A stretch of 64,000 nt of DNA from Mobula birostris (lineage: Eukaryota): contig NC_092370.1 of NCBI RefSeq assembly GCF_030028105.1, positions 82,294,969 through 82,358,968 of the forward strand, given 5' to 3'. A model generated the notes under the pieces. That model had not been told where the DNA came from, searched no databases, and worked only from the letters and a program-made list of their open reading frames with translations. The stretch's first letter is position 1; every line of letters begins with the position of its first letter. Shown one piece after another: positions 1-12,405 of the stretch. Made by a program: the position numbers and the translations under genes.

Positions 1-1199
1 CAAGAGTATATCTGTCAGCATCTGTTTTGAACACAATCTGTGACTAAGCCTCCACAATTCTCCAGGATAGAGTGTTAAGATTCACTATCATTTCAGTGAT
101 GAAATTTCTCCTTTTTTCAGGCCTTTATTTTCCAATGGTGAACCCTTGTTCTAGACTCTCTAAACAAGAAAACGTTCCTGCACCTACCTTCAGAAATTAT
201 TATTTTACGTATCAATAAATTTGCAGTAAAATAATTACATCCTTACTGTATTAAACCATTTTCTAGTTGCATCCTTCAGGTTTAGCTAAAAGCTGATCGC
301 TACTGGGAAATCTTAATAAAACATAAAGAAGCAATTAAATTGGCCCTTTCCTGTTCTGTGCTGTTCTTTTGAGCCATTTTTATGAATATCTTTTATTAAA
401 TTGCTGATTCAGCTTCTAAAATTCCTGCATAAATCACATTGCTGTTCATATTTAGTTGCTCTTGTAGGAATACAAACTTTTAACCTATAAAGTATAAGTA
501 CGCCAAGTTATTATGATTTGCAACACACAGGGACCATGTGCGCATCTGGAACCCAGGATGGTTATGTGTGAATTTGCAGTGGCTTGGGTGGTAATAGCTA
601 TAGAAATGAGGTGTCTTGGCTCACAGTACATACTAACCATAACAACCTGCATTTATACTAACAAAATATCCTAAAGTGCTTCACAGGAGTGTTACTGAAC
701 AAAATTGACATCAAGGAGCATGCTAAAGGAGGAGTGGGAGATTGGGGGATGGAGTGTATATATTGGGTGAGGGAGGAGCAGTGGTAAGTGGAGAATTAGA
801 ATGAGATTGATCAGACAGGAAAATTTATTTTGTTTTAGGCTTTGGGGGAGATCAATGGTTATGGAGTTGAAATGGGTAACTTGAAGCTAAAGATCAGATC
901 AGTTATGTTTAATGCAGCAGGAGGCTTGAAGAGCTGTGTGACCTACTTCTCCTATTTCTTTTGCTCTCGTGAAAGGCTAAGTTCACATAGGCTTACATAC
1001 GATTCTTAAAGCAGTGTTTAGTGCTTAAGTAGTGAAATTTCGTTTTGAGAATAAGGTACCCGGGAAGGAGACAGGACTTCAATATAGAAGGTGTAAAAAG
1101 GAAATGACTAATTAGGGCTTGTGTGGGCAATAACATTTTTAAGGAAAATAGAAAGTGGCAGAGAAACTATCAATTTCTTTGTGCCGTTCTTCACAGAAT

Positions 1200-2040
1200 T
1201 AGTGGATAATGATGAAGCTAATGGCAGTTTATAGTAGAATATCAATATAGCTCATTGGAAAGTTAGGTGGAGGTTGGCAGATGGAATTTAATCTCAACTG
1301 GACCATGATGATGCATTTTAAAAGTCATTTAGGGATAGGACATGCTTTGTAAATAATAGAATACTATGGAATATTGATGCAGAGAACTTTTGGTTCCAGC
1401 CTGTAGGTCTTTGAAGTAGCAAGAAAGGTAGATAAAGTGAAGAAGGCAGCAGACACCATGTGTGCCTACATAGGTCAAGTTACAGAATATAATGCTGTGA
1501 CTTTGCAAAACTCTACACTGCACTTGGAGTATTTTGTGTCATTCTGGTCATCACACCATAGGATGGATGTGGTTGGACTGGAGTGAGTACAGAAGAAGTT
1601 CACCAGGATGTTGCCTGGTGGATTTTAGTTATCTGGAGAGGCTGGATAGGCTGTGTTTGTTTTTCCTGGAGTGAGGGAGGCGGAGGAATGACCGAATGAA
1701 GATATATAACGTTATCAAAGGGATAGCTAACGATAATTTTTTCCCACAATTGGGGTTTCCAAAACAAGAAGGCATAGATTCAAGGTGAAAGCAAGAAGAT
1801 TTAGAAAGGATTTGAGAGGGAAGGTTTTTTTTACACAGGAGCTGCCATCTGCAACATCTGCCGGAGGAGGTATAATCAGATACATTTAAGAGGTGTTTTA
1901 ATAGACACTTGAATATGCAAGGCGCAGAAAGATATTGATGAATTGTGAGCCCGTTGGTTTTCTTTAGATAGGGAAAAATATCAACACAAATGTGTGTGCT
2001 GAATGGCCTTTTTCTATGCTGTGCTACTTTATGACTTTCA
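1200..2040 (+). mobile_element. Decayed CR1 LINE 3' fragment
   Basis: Remnants of WQMEFN, HLEYCVxFWSP and RFTRMLPG motifs, followed by a CR1-type 3' UTR; many stops. Confidence 0.75.
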
Positions 2041-2159
2041 AATATAGAGAACTTGCTCACTATATTAGAAAAAACAAGGATCCAGTGAGAATGCGGGACT
2101 ATAAAAACCCGTTATTTATAAAATAGTATTGGAGAAGTTTGTGAATTGTACATTTACAT

Positions 2160-2622
2160 GGAGTACTGCCACAAGAAAGCAGCATCTATCATCAGGGAAC
2201 CCCAACACCCAGGACCCACTCTTCTCGCTGCTGCCATCAGGTAGAAGCTACAGAAGTCTCAGGACACACTACCATGTTCAAGAACAATTATTACCTCTCA
2301 ACCATCAGGCTCTTGAACTAGTGAGGATAACTTCATTCAACTTCACTTCCCTCATCACTGAATTTTTCCCACAAGCTATGGACTAATTTTCAAAAACTCT
2401 ACATCTAATGTTCTTGATAGTTATTGTTTTTTTTCTTTTGTATTTGCAAAGTTTGTTGTCTTTTGCACATTGGTTGTTTGTCCACCCTACTGGGTGTGGT
2501 GTTTCATTGATTCTATCATGGTTCTTAGAATTACTGAGTATATCAGCAAGAAAATTAATCTATAGGTAATATACAATAACATATATATACTTGGAAAATA
2601 AATTTACTTTGAAGTTTGAATT
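2160..2622 (+). mobile_element. Rex1/Babar-type LINE 3' fragment
   Basis: LFSLLPSGRSYRSLRT motif from the ORF C-terminus; the 3' UTR ends in aataaa plus a (TTTGAA)n-like tail. Confidence 0.75.
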
Positions 2623-2953
2623 TAGAAATCTCAAGGATTTGATGATTTACTTCCCAGGTTCTTGAAAGAGGTGACTTTAGAAATCGAGAATGCGCTGTTC
2701 ACATCTTCCAAAGTTTTGTAGATTCTGATACTGTTCCAGGGTGGAAAATGTTAGCTTTGTGTCTGTAATAGTGAAATGCTGAAAGCTGTAGTAATAAAAC
2801 ATCTTGAAAAGAATATTAAAATTGTACATCATCATTGTCATGGATTAATGAACTGGAAATCATGTTTGACTAATCTGCTAAAGGATGTGACTGACAGAAA
2901 GATAAGTGGAAACCAGTGGATATGGTGTATTTGCATTTTTGAAGGGTGTTCAA

Positions 2954-3240
2954 GGGTGTCACGGTAACGTAGCAATTAATGCCTCACTTTACAGTACCAG
3001 CAAATGCCAATCGGGGTTCAATTCCTGCCGCTGTTATTAAGGAGTTTGCATATTTTCCCTGTGACTGCAAAGGGTTTCCTTTGGCTGTTCCAGCTGCCTT
3101 CCACATCCCAAAGATGTAGTGAGTTGTTGGCGTGCAGGAAGCATGGCGACACTTGTGAGCCACCCACACAATCCTCATTGATTAACTTTGATGCAAACGA
3201 AGCATTTTACTATATGTTTCAATGTTCGTGTTTATCTTTA
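2954..3240 (+). mobile_element. tRNA-derived V-SINE (HE1-like)
   Basis: tRNA-like head with B box GGTTCAATTCC (3015-3025), then the V-domain ggagtttgcatattttccctgtgactgc...ccacatcccaaagatg. Confidence 0.75.
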
Positions 3241-3749
3241 GCTGTCGCACAGGAGGTCCATCAACAAAGTCAGAGCACATGTAATTGGGTACTGATATAA
3301 ATTGAGAATTGACTTTGGGACCAAATGCTAAGACTGATTTTGACTGTGAGGGATATGTCAGGGTTTGGACCCCAGTCTCTCAGAAGGTGGATTAAGAATT
3401 TTGCTTGAGGAGGAGAAATGTTATATTTCTAAATTTGCTGACAGTACTAAACTAGATGGGATTGTAAGAATCAAGGAGGATGTTTAGAGGTGTTCTGGGG
3501 ATATGGACAAGCTGAGTGAGTGAGAACATAGCAGATGGAATATAAAGTGGAAAAAAATATGTGCACCGCTTTGGTGCACATAATAGAAAACAGTACATTT
3601 GTTAAATGGTGAGAGATTGGGTATCACTGATACTCAAAGGGACCTGAGTGTGCTTGTATACAAGTCCCCGAAGGCCTGTATGCAGGTGCAGCAATCAATT
3701 AAGAGAGCAAATGGAATGTTAGAAAGGGAATTTGAATAAAGGAATATAT

Positions 3750-4305
3750 GAGAACACAAGAAAATAGAAGCAGGATTGGACCACCTGGCCCCTCAGAGCT
3801 CCTCCATTATTCAAACCAATCATGGTTGATCTGCCCGAGGCTTCAACTATTCATCGATGCCAGCTCCATATAGCCCTCAGTTATCTGATCTTATGAAATT
3901 TCATTTCTCTGTTTTAAATGTTTCCAGTGATCTACCCACCCCCCCACATCAAATCCTCTCAGATAGAAGGTTTCAGGGTTTTACCACACTCTGCAAGAGG
4001 AAATTTTTATGCACCTCACTTTTAAACAATTAGTCCCTTTCCTTGTAGTTATGTCTTGTTATTTGAGACCCTCCCACAATTGAAAACATCTCAACATCTA
4101 CTCTGACATATCCCCAAAAGGATTTTATCTGTTCACGTTTACCTGTCCCATTCTTCAAATCTCCAATGAATACAGATTTAACTTTGTTTTTAGCCTTTTA
4201 TGATACGACAACCCTTGCATCCCAGGAACTTGCCTAGTGATTCTTCTGTGGACTACCTTCAATGTTTGTATATCATTTCTTAAATAAAGTCACCAGAACT
4301 TTACG
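3750..4305 (-). mobile_element. CR1 3' fragment nested antisense in an older CR1
   Basis: Begins with the reverse complement of a CR1 3' end (aaatagaagcagga...ggcc) and splits the host GFEYRN|KEVLL motif. Confidence 0.7.
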
Positions 4306-7300
4306 CTTAAGGAAGTCTTATTAAATTTGTAGTGAGCATTGATGTGACTGCATCTGGAGTATCGTGTGCAGTTTTGGTCTCCTTATCTAAGAAAGGTTAT
4401 AATTCTCAGTGAGGGAGTGCAATAAAGATTCACTTGACTGTTTACAGGGATGTCAGGTTTATCATATGAGATGACAAATAAACTAGATCTGCATTCTTTA
4501 GAATCTAAAAGAATGAAAAAAGATCTTTGTACAAGTTTTTTAAAGGGCTTTTCAGGTTGAATGCAGGGAAAATGTTTCTCCTGGCTGAGGAGATTAGAAC
4601 CACGGGGCTTAGTTTCAGAATAACGAGGTAACTGTTTAGGACTGAAATGGAAATTTTTTTCACTGGAGGGAATCATTGGAATTCTCTGACCTAGAGTACT
4701 CATTCTAAACAGAGATGGATTGAGTTAAGAATGAAGATTGTGCTGCAAAATGGCATTGAGGTAGAAGTTCAAAGATGATCTTAATGAATGATGTAACATA
4801 AATTATCTGATTTCTTATTCTTGCTCCAGCCTCTGATATAAAATGTCAAGGGGATCCGAGTTCCCTTGAGTGTTGACAAATCATCTTATCTCATCTCAGT
4901 CAACACTTATACCCTTCCACTTTCTCATCTCAATCCTAAATTCTCTGTACCTCCCACTGTTAATTTGCTAGATTTTAACTCCCACATATCCTCTGTTCGC
5001 TTTCGGCTTTCCATGTTCAGGAAGTCTTATCCTGCTTCTCTCCATCTACTTCCTAAAACCCTCAAGTCACACCTCCTCTGTCAAAATTTGCATTGCTCTC
5101 TTATAATTTTCTTTATTTCCTTTATGTCAGTAAAGAAAGTAGGAGAACTTAACAATATGAAGGGCACCCATAATTACAAGTTGTTGCCACTTTATTAAAA
5201 AAAAATCATAATATTCAAATGAGTCAGTTAAGGAGAAGAAATATTGCATAAGCCAGTTGATGTAATACTTGTCTTGGAATGTGTGCATAATTTTTTGAGA
5301 AATATGATGTGAAAACTATTTTGCTTGAATTTTATACTTTGCATATAAACAGTTTTGAGTATATTAAGTTAAAAATAGTTTTCTTAGAAGTTATATGTCT
5401 CAATCTCATTCACCCAGAACAGATTCTTTCTTCCCTGAGCATTATCTTATCTTTGCTCCATAACATACAATAAATATGGTGGCTTTTTATTAATAAATCC
5501 TTTGCCTCTTTAATGTGTAGAAAATTGGAGTTCTCTACTTCTAGGTGTGCAAAATGACCAGTGCACATGGCACTAATGCCTGATTAGATGCCCACAATGA
5601 AAAATAAGACTGCAGAAAAAGCTGGTTAAAAATTGTTTGAGCAGATCTCATCTTAAATTACTGACAGAAATTTTACTTGCCTCTGACCTGGTGCCAACTG
5701 GCAAGGTAGACATGAATGAAGTGGGCTGAAATGGCCCATTCTTTTGCGGAGCGATTCTATGCTCTTATGATTCCAAATGCCCACAGAGCTTATGGCTGCT
5801 GCCTTATTGCTTTGCTGTCCACTGGAAGGTTAAATAGCTCTTAAAGTACACACTTTGAGATAGCCGCACTACAGCTGAACACAGGGTGGTTAGGTAAAGT
5901 GGGCCATTGGATGGATGTGAAAAATGCACTTTCTTGTATTGCTGGGCACTCACCCTGCAGTAGTGTGCAGTGAGTGGTTGGATTGGACCACAGGTACCCT
6001 CATTCTATTGCAACCTGCAAGCTGTACAAGGTGCCAATGATCACAAATTATTTTTAAAAGTCTGTAACTATTAAATGAAGCTCCAGGGGATCATATAACA
6101 TAAACCTGACAATTGGAAAGAGAGATGTGGCTTGTGGATCATTGAAGTTACAGAGCACATCTCATAATTTCTGATGCTTTTCTGAAAACAGTGAAATGAA
6201 ATGTACTCCTGCTTTCTGTTTAATCAGTAACAAAAAGTTAGTAGATTCCCTGAAAAGCCCCAGTGTCTGTCAGCAGTGGAACAAACATTTGCAAACTTCA
6301 GCTGTATGGTGAGAATCACATGACAGACCAATTTCTTGATTGCTGCCAGTTGACCCAGAAATGGTCATTAGTGTGAGCTAATGGCCTTTTATCCACAGAT
6401 CATATACTAAGACATGCAATGGGTCCAGTTTCTACCCATAGACATATGTCTAAATCAAAATAATATTGAAAAGGTGTTGGTGATATATTAGTAGAGAAGT
6501 GTGGTAAATTAATGTTGCCCTGAAATAGGCATCGCGGGAGGTGAGAAATCTGTCCTCAGCTACTACAACACTACACTAGTATTATATGGAAATTCATTGT
6601 ACATTTCTATCAATATTTTTTTTGATTGAGCTGCTTAGCACTATCAAAGATAAATTTCTATGCCTAAAGATGTCAAAGGATTATGATTCGTCTAAATCCA
6701 TTCTATAAAACTTATTGCTGCATTTTTAAAAATAAACTATTTATTAAACAGGTATGTGGGATAGGCATTGTGCATGCTGAAAAGGAATTTTTTAGTCGTG
6801 TAAATTTATTAGGTGTTCCATCCAATAAATCTGTCCATAACATAAAGAATCACCAAGCAACAAAACTTCCTAAAGAGCCAGAGGCACAATAAATTTATAT
6901 GTGGTAAATTCACAGTATTTCACTAGTTCCAAGTCTAGGGTAATTAAGTCACTCATTCATCTGGTCAACCAGCTGTTCCCTTTAACATTCAAATGAAACC
7001 AGGGGATGTGAATAAATTGAAATAACCTACAATGTCTCTGTTGATGGTAAATATGTGCAGAAGTCTTAGTTCTTAATCCATGCATATTAAAATAGCAAAA
7101 TTAAGTGTTGACAATAAAATTGCACCACATCTGTAAGTGAGACCAATTAATTGGTCTGAGGAAGGCTATCACTCATCATTAAGAGACTATGTAAGTTCTT
7201 GGCTTCTGAATTCTGGAGAGCATTTGCAATTCTAAGTCTGCTTGGTGGTGTCAGTATTCCCAAAGTGACTATTACCTTTGTCAAAGGCTCAGAGCCCGCA

Positions 7301-7994
7301 GTTATTAGAAGTTTTAGTGGGGTGTGTTTGCAGGATGGTAGGGGTTTAGCAGTCAGAGCTGATGGGGGAAAGGAGTTGGTGAAACTTGTTTGTGGAGAAA
7401 CCACATATGCCCTTGGAATCCTGTAGTATGAACAATGCCTGTAGTAATAGCACGTATTTTAAAGTCTATTTTTAAGGTACACAGATTTGATGGTGGTTTC
7501 ATCCAAATCTGTTATTCTCAAAATATCATGTTTTATTGGAGATTTGCATTAACAGTAATGTTGTTGGATAAATATGCAAATCAGCAATCTAAAAAAGGCT
7601 TTCTCATTAAAATATCATGCATTCAGCTTTTACACACTCTTCAATGGTTCAAGTTGAGTGTATTAAATGCAATTTTACAGTTATTCTTTTCCACTTACAG
7701 TAGGTTAAACGCCCAATTACTTATGATAAATTGAAATTTCACTATCTGATTCTGTAGAGTCATGGAGTTATAGAATTAATACAGACTGAGCTCTTTGGTC
7801 CACTGTGTCCATGTTGACCTGTTTGCCTATCTCCCACTGAGCTTTCAGGAAGTGCTCTCAAAATCACAGATGCTTGCAGTGTAAAATTTTTGAAACATAG
7901 AAACATAGAAAATAGGTGCAGGAGTAGGCCATTCGGCCCTTCGAGCCTGCACCGCCATTCAGTACAATCATGGCTGATCATCCAACTCAGAACC

Positions 7995-10901
7995 CTATAC
8001 CTGCCTTCTCTCCATACCCCCGATCCCTTTGGCCACGAGGGCCATATCTAACTCCCTCTTAAATATAGCCAAAGAACTGGCCTCAACCGTTTCCTGTGGC
8101 ATAGAATTCCACAGATTCAGCACTCTCTGTGTGAAGAAGTTTTTCCTCATCTCGGTCCTAAAAGGCTTCTTCTTTATCCTTAAACTGTGACCCCTCGTTC
8201 TGGACTTCCCCAACATTGCGAATAATCTTCCTGAATCTAGCCTGTCCAATCCCTTTAGGGTTTTATACGTTTCAATCAGATCCCCCCTCAATCTTCTAAA
8301 TTCCAACGAGTATAAGCCTAGTCGATCCAGTCTTTCATCATATGAAAGTCCTGCCATCCCAGGAATCAATCTGGTGAACCTTATTTGTACTCCCTCAATG
8401 GCAAGAATGTCTTTCCTCAGGTTAGGGGACCAAAACTGCACACAATACTCCAGGTGTGGTCTCACCAAGGCCTTGTACAACTGCAGTATAGTACCTCCGT
8501 GCTCCTGTACTCGAACCCTCTTGCTGTGAATGCCAGGATACCATTCACCTTTTTCACCACCTGTTGTACTTGCATGCCCACCTTCAATGACTGGTGTATA
8601 ATCACACCCAGGTCTCGTTGCACCTCTCCTTTTCCTAATCGGCCACCATTCAGATAATAATCTGTTTTTCTTTTTTTGCCACCAAAGTGGATAACCTCAC
8701 ATTTATCCACATTAAATTGCATCTGTCATGAATTTGCCCACTCAACTAACCTATCCAAGTCACCCTGCATCATCTTAGCATCCTCCTCACAGCTAACACT
8801 GCCGCCCAGCTTCGTGTCATCCGCAGACTTGGAGATGCTGCATTTAATTCCCTCGTCTAAGTCATTAATATATATTGTAAACAACTGGGGTCCCAGCACT
8901 GAGCCTTGCGGTACCCCACTAGTCACTGCCTGCCATTCTGAAAAGGTCCCATTTATTCCCACTCTTTGCTTTCTGTCTGCCAATCAATTCTCTATCCACA
9001 TCAATACCATACCCCCAATACCGTGTGCTTTAAGTTTGCACACTAATTTCCTGTGTGGGACCTTGTCAAAAGCCTTTTGAAAATCCAAATATACCACATC
9101 CACTGGTTCTCCCCTATCCACTCTACTAGTTACATCCTCAAAAAATTCTGTGAGATTCGTCAGACATGATTTTCCTTTCACAAATCCATGCTGACTTTGT
9201 CCGATAATTTCACCGCTTTCTAAATGTGCTGTTATCACATCTTTGATAACTGACTTTAGCATTTTCCCCACCACCGATGTCAGGCTTACCAGTCTATAAT
9301 TCCCCGGTTTCTCTCTCCCTCCTTTCTTAAAAAGTGGGGTTACATTAAGCCATCCTCCAATCCTCAGGAACTAATCCAGAATCTAAAGAGTTTTGAAAAA
9401 TTATCACTAATGCATCCACTATTTCTCAGGCTACTTCCTTAAGCACTCTGGGATGCAGACCATCTGGCCCTGGGGATTTATCTGCCTTTAATCCCTTCAA
9501 TTTACCTAACACCACTTCCCTACTAACATGTATTTCCCTCAGTTCCTCCATCTCATTAGACCCTCTGTCCCCTACTATTTCCGGAAGATTATTAATGTCC
9601 TCCTTAGTGAAGACAGAACCAAAGTAGTTATTCAATTGGTCTGCCATGTCCTTGTTCCCCATGATCAATTCACCTGTTTCTGACTGTAAGGGACCCACAT
9701 TTGTCTTAACCAATCTTTTTCTTTTCACATATCTATAAAAGCTTTTACAGTCAGTTTTTATGTTCCCTGCCAGCTTTCTCTCATAATCTTTTTTCCCTTT
9801 CCTAATTAAGCCCTTTATCCTCCTCTGCTGGACTCTGAATTTCTCCCAATCCTCAGGTGTGCCATTTTTTCTGGCTAATTTGTGTGTTTCTTCTTTGGAA
9901 TTGATATTATCCCTAATTTCTCTTGTCAGCCACGGGTGCACTACCTTCCCTGGTTTATTCTTTTGCCAAACTGGGATGAACAATTGTTACCTTTCATCCA
10001 TGCGATCTTTAAATGCTTTCCATTGCATATCCACCATCAACCCTTTAAGTATCATTTGCCAGTCTATCCTAGCTAATTCATGTCTCGTGCCTTCAAAGTT
10101 GCCCTTCTTTAAGTTCAGAACCTTTGTTACTGGATTAACTATATCACTCTCCATCTTAATGAAGAATTCCACCATATTATGGTCACTCTTATCCAAGGGG
10201 CCTCGTACGACAAGATTGCTAAATAACCCTTCCTCATTGCTCAGTACCCAGTCTAGAATGGCCTGCTTTCTGGTTGGTTCCTCGACATGTTGGTTCAGAA
10301 AACTATCTGGCATACATTCCAAGAAATCCTCTTCCTCAGCACCCTTACCAATTTGGTTCACCCAATGTATATGTAGATTGAAGTCACCCATTATAACTGC
10401 TGTTCCTTTATTGCACGCATTTCTAATTTCCTGTTTAATGCCATCTCCAACCTCACTACTACTGTTAGGTGGCCTGTACACAACTCCCATCAGCGTTTTC
10501 TGCCCCTTAGTGTTATGCAGCTCTACCCATATTGATTCCACATCCTCCCGGTTTATATCCTTCCTTTCTATTGCGTTAATCTCCTCTTTAACCAACAATG
10601 CTACCCCACCTCCTTTTCTTTCATGTCTATCCCTCCTGAATATTGAATATCCCTGAATGTTGAGCTCCCATCTCTGGTCACCCTGGAGCCATGTCTCTGT
10701 GATCCCAACTATATCATATTCATTAATAACTATCTGCACATTCAATTCATCCACCTTGTTACAAATGCTCCTTGCATTGACACACAAAGCCTTCAGTCTT
10801 GCTTTTACAACACTCTTAGCCCTTATACAGTTATGTTGAAAAGTGGCCCTTTTTGATTTTTGCCCTGGATTTGCTGGTCTGCCACTTTTACTTTTCACCA
10901 T
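7995..10901 (-). pseudogene. CR1 ORF2 (AP endonuclease plus reverse transcriptase), broken into six ORF pieces
   Basis: Consecutive ORFs 9987-10901, 9426-9983, 8984-9274, 8726-8983, 8462-8722 and 7995-8480 are separated by single stops or 1-bp frameshifts. Confidence 0.93.
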
Positions 10902-10927
10902 ACTACTTTTTTGCTTCTTCCCTCATT

Positions 10928-11878
10928 TTACACCCCTCTGCACTTGTTCCCATCCCCCTGCCACATTAGTTTAAATCCTCCTGAACAACAGTAGCAAACG
11001 CTCCCCCCCAGGACATTGGTTCCAGTCCAGCCCAGGTGCAGACTGCCCTGTTTGTACCGGTCCCACCTCCTCCAGAACTGGTTCCAATGCCCCAGAAATT
11101 TGAATCCCTCCCCCTTGCACCATTTTTCAAGCCACGTATTCATCTGAAATATCCTCCTATTTCTACTCTGACTAGCACATGGCACTGGCAGTAATCCAGA
11201 GATTATTACCTTTGTGGTCCTACTTTTTAGTTTATCTCCTAACTCCCTAAATTCACCTTGTAGGACCTCATCCTGTTTTTTACCTATATTGTTGGTACCT
11301 ATGTGCACCACGACCACTGGCTGTTCACCCTCCCACTCCAGAATGTCCTGCAGCCGCTCAGAGGCATCCTTGACCCTTGCACTAGGGAGGCAACATACCC
11401 TCCTGGAGTCTTGTTTGTGGCCGCAGAAACGCCTATCTATTCCCCTTACAATCAAATCCCCTATCACTATAGCTCTCCCATTCCTTTTCCTTCCTTCCTG
11501 TGTCACAGAGCCACCCATGGTGCCATGAACTCGGCTGCTGCTGCCTTCCCCCGATGAGACATCTCCCCCAACAGTATCCAAAACAGTATATCTGTTTAGG
11601 AGGGAGATGACCTCAGGGGACTCCTGCACTACCTGCCTACTATTACGCTGTTTAGTGGCCACCCATTCCCTTTCTGCCTGTGAGGCCTTTATATGTGGTG
11701 TGGCCAACTCACTGAACGTGCTATTCACGACTTTCTCAGCATCGCGGATGCTCCAGTATGAATCCAATCGCAGTTCCAGCCGCTCAATGCGATCTGCCAG
11801 AAGCTGCAGCTGGACACACTTCCTGCACACATAGTCGTCAGGGACACTGGAATATCCCTGATTTCCCACATGCTGCAG
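10928..11878 (-). pseudogene. CR1 ORF1 (zinc finger / leucine zipper / SGNH esterase), N-terminus truncated
   Basis: ORF track 10928..11893: DDYVCRKCVQLQLL, RAIVIGD, VVVHIGTNNIG, GSLHL. Confidence 0.9.
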
Positions 11879-12047
11879 GGAATTTTCCTTCATATTCTTT
11901 CACCACTATTATTAATGACAGCTCTGCTGCTGAAAGCCTATTTTTCCTTATTTATTTTATCAAAACTATCAATGAGAGTTCTCTTCTAAACATTTTTGCT
12001 GCATGGGAATAACCGCTCTAGATAACTGAGGTAATATATACTCAGTG

Positions 12048-12253
12048 CCATTTCCCCCTTCTCCAGCCCTGTATCTCTTTCACCAATGGACTTTCCAGCT
12101 CTTTTCTTCACCAGTCACCCCTTCCCAGTTTCACCTATCACCTTGTGGTTCTTCCTCCCCTCCCCCAATATTCTTACTCTGATTCCTCATCTTTATTTTT
12201 CAGTCCTGATGAAGGGTCTTGGCCAGAAACGTCGACAGTACTTTTGTCCATAG
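12048..12253 (+). mobile_element. Penelope-like element (PLE) terminal fragment containing a hammerhead motif
   Basis: Pyrimidine-rich tract followed by cagtcCTGATGAagggtcttggccaGAAACGTCgacag; the same sequence family recurs many times in the window. Confidence 0.7.
12201..12238 (+). ncRNA. Minimal type I hammerhead ribozyme motif (probably weakened)
   Basis: Core CUGAUGA at 12206-12212, GAAA at 12226-12229, palindromic ACGU in place of stem III, GUC cleavage triplet, stem I GUC/GAC. The stem II closing pair is mutated. Confidence 0.7.
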
Positions 12254-12269
12254 AATTATCGGGCACACT

Positions 12270-12405
12270 GCAGACGCAAGAGACTGCAGATACTGGAATC
12301 TGGAGCAACAAACAAGGTGTTGGAGAAACTCAGCAGGCCAGGCAGCATCTGTGGAGGAAAATAGACAGGCGACATTTCAGGTCAAGACCCTTCATTTGGA
12401 CTGGT
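12270..12405 (-). mobile_element. PLE-derived terminal fragment with a decayed hammerhead
   Basis: Reverse complement reads ccagtccaaatgaagggtcttgacctgaaatgtcg...cagatgctgcctggcctgctgagt. Confidence 0.65.

Larger units (their letters stand above)
2630..4830 (+). mobile_element. Decayed CR1 RT region interrupted by a SINE and by an antisense CR1 fragment
   Basis: HGxxxxKSCLTNL, SKFAD, QRDLGVLV and HLEYRVQFWSPYL remnants are collinear across the two insertions. Confidence 0.7.
7891..11880 (-). mobile_element. Near full-length CR1 LINE (ORF1 esterase, ORF2 APE-RT), slightly 5'-truncated and inactivated by a few lesions
   Basis: ORF1 has CxxC, a coiled coil and SGNH esterase motifs (AIVIGD, VVHIGTN, LHL). 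ORF2 has APE motifs (GITETW, IMGDFN, SDH) and RT motifs ([24 protein letters not shown]). Tail is (TCTATGTT)n. Candidate TSD AATTTT at 7885-7890 and 11881-11886. Confidence 0.95.

Noticed and set aside
8385-12012. Long + strand ORFs (for example 9859-10656, 265 aa)
   Set aside because: Antisense shadows of the CR1 ORFs.
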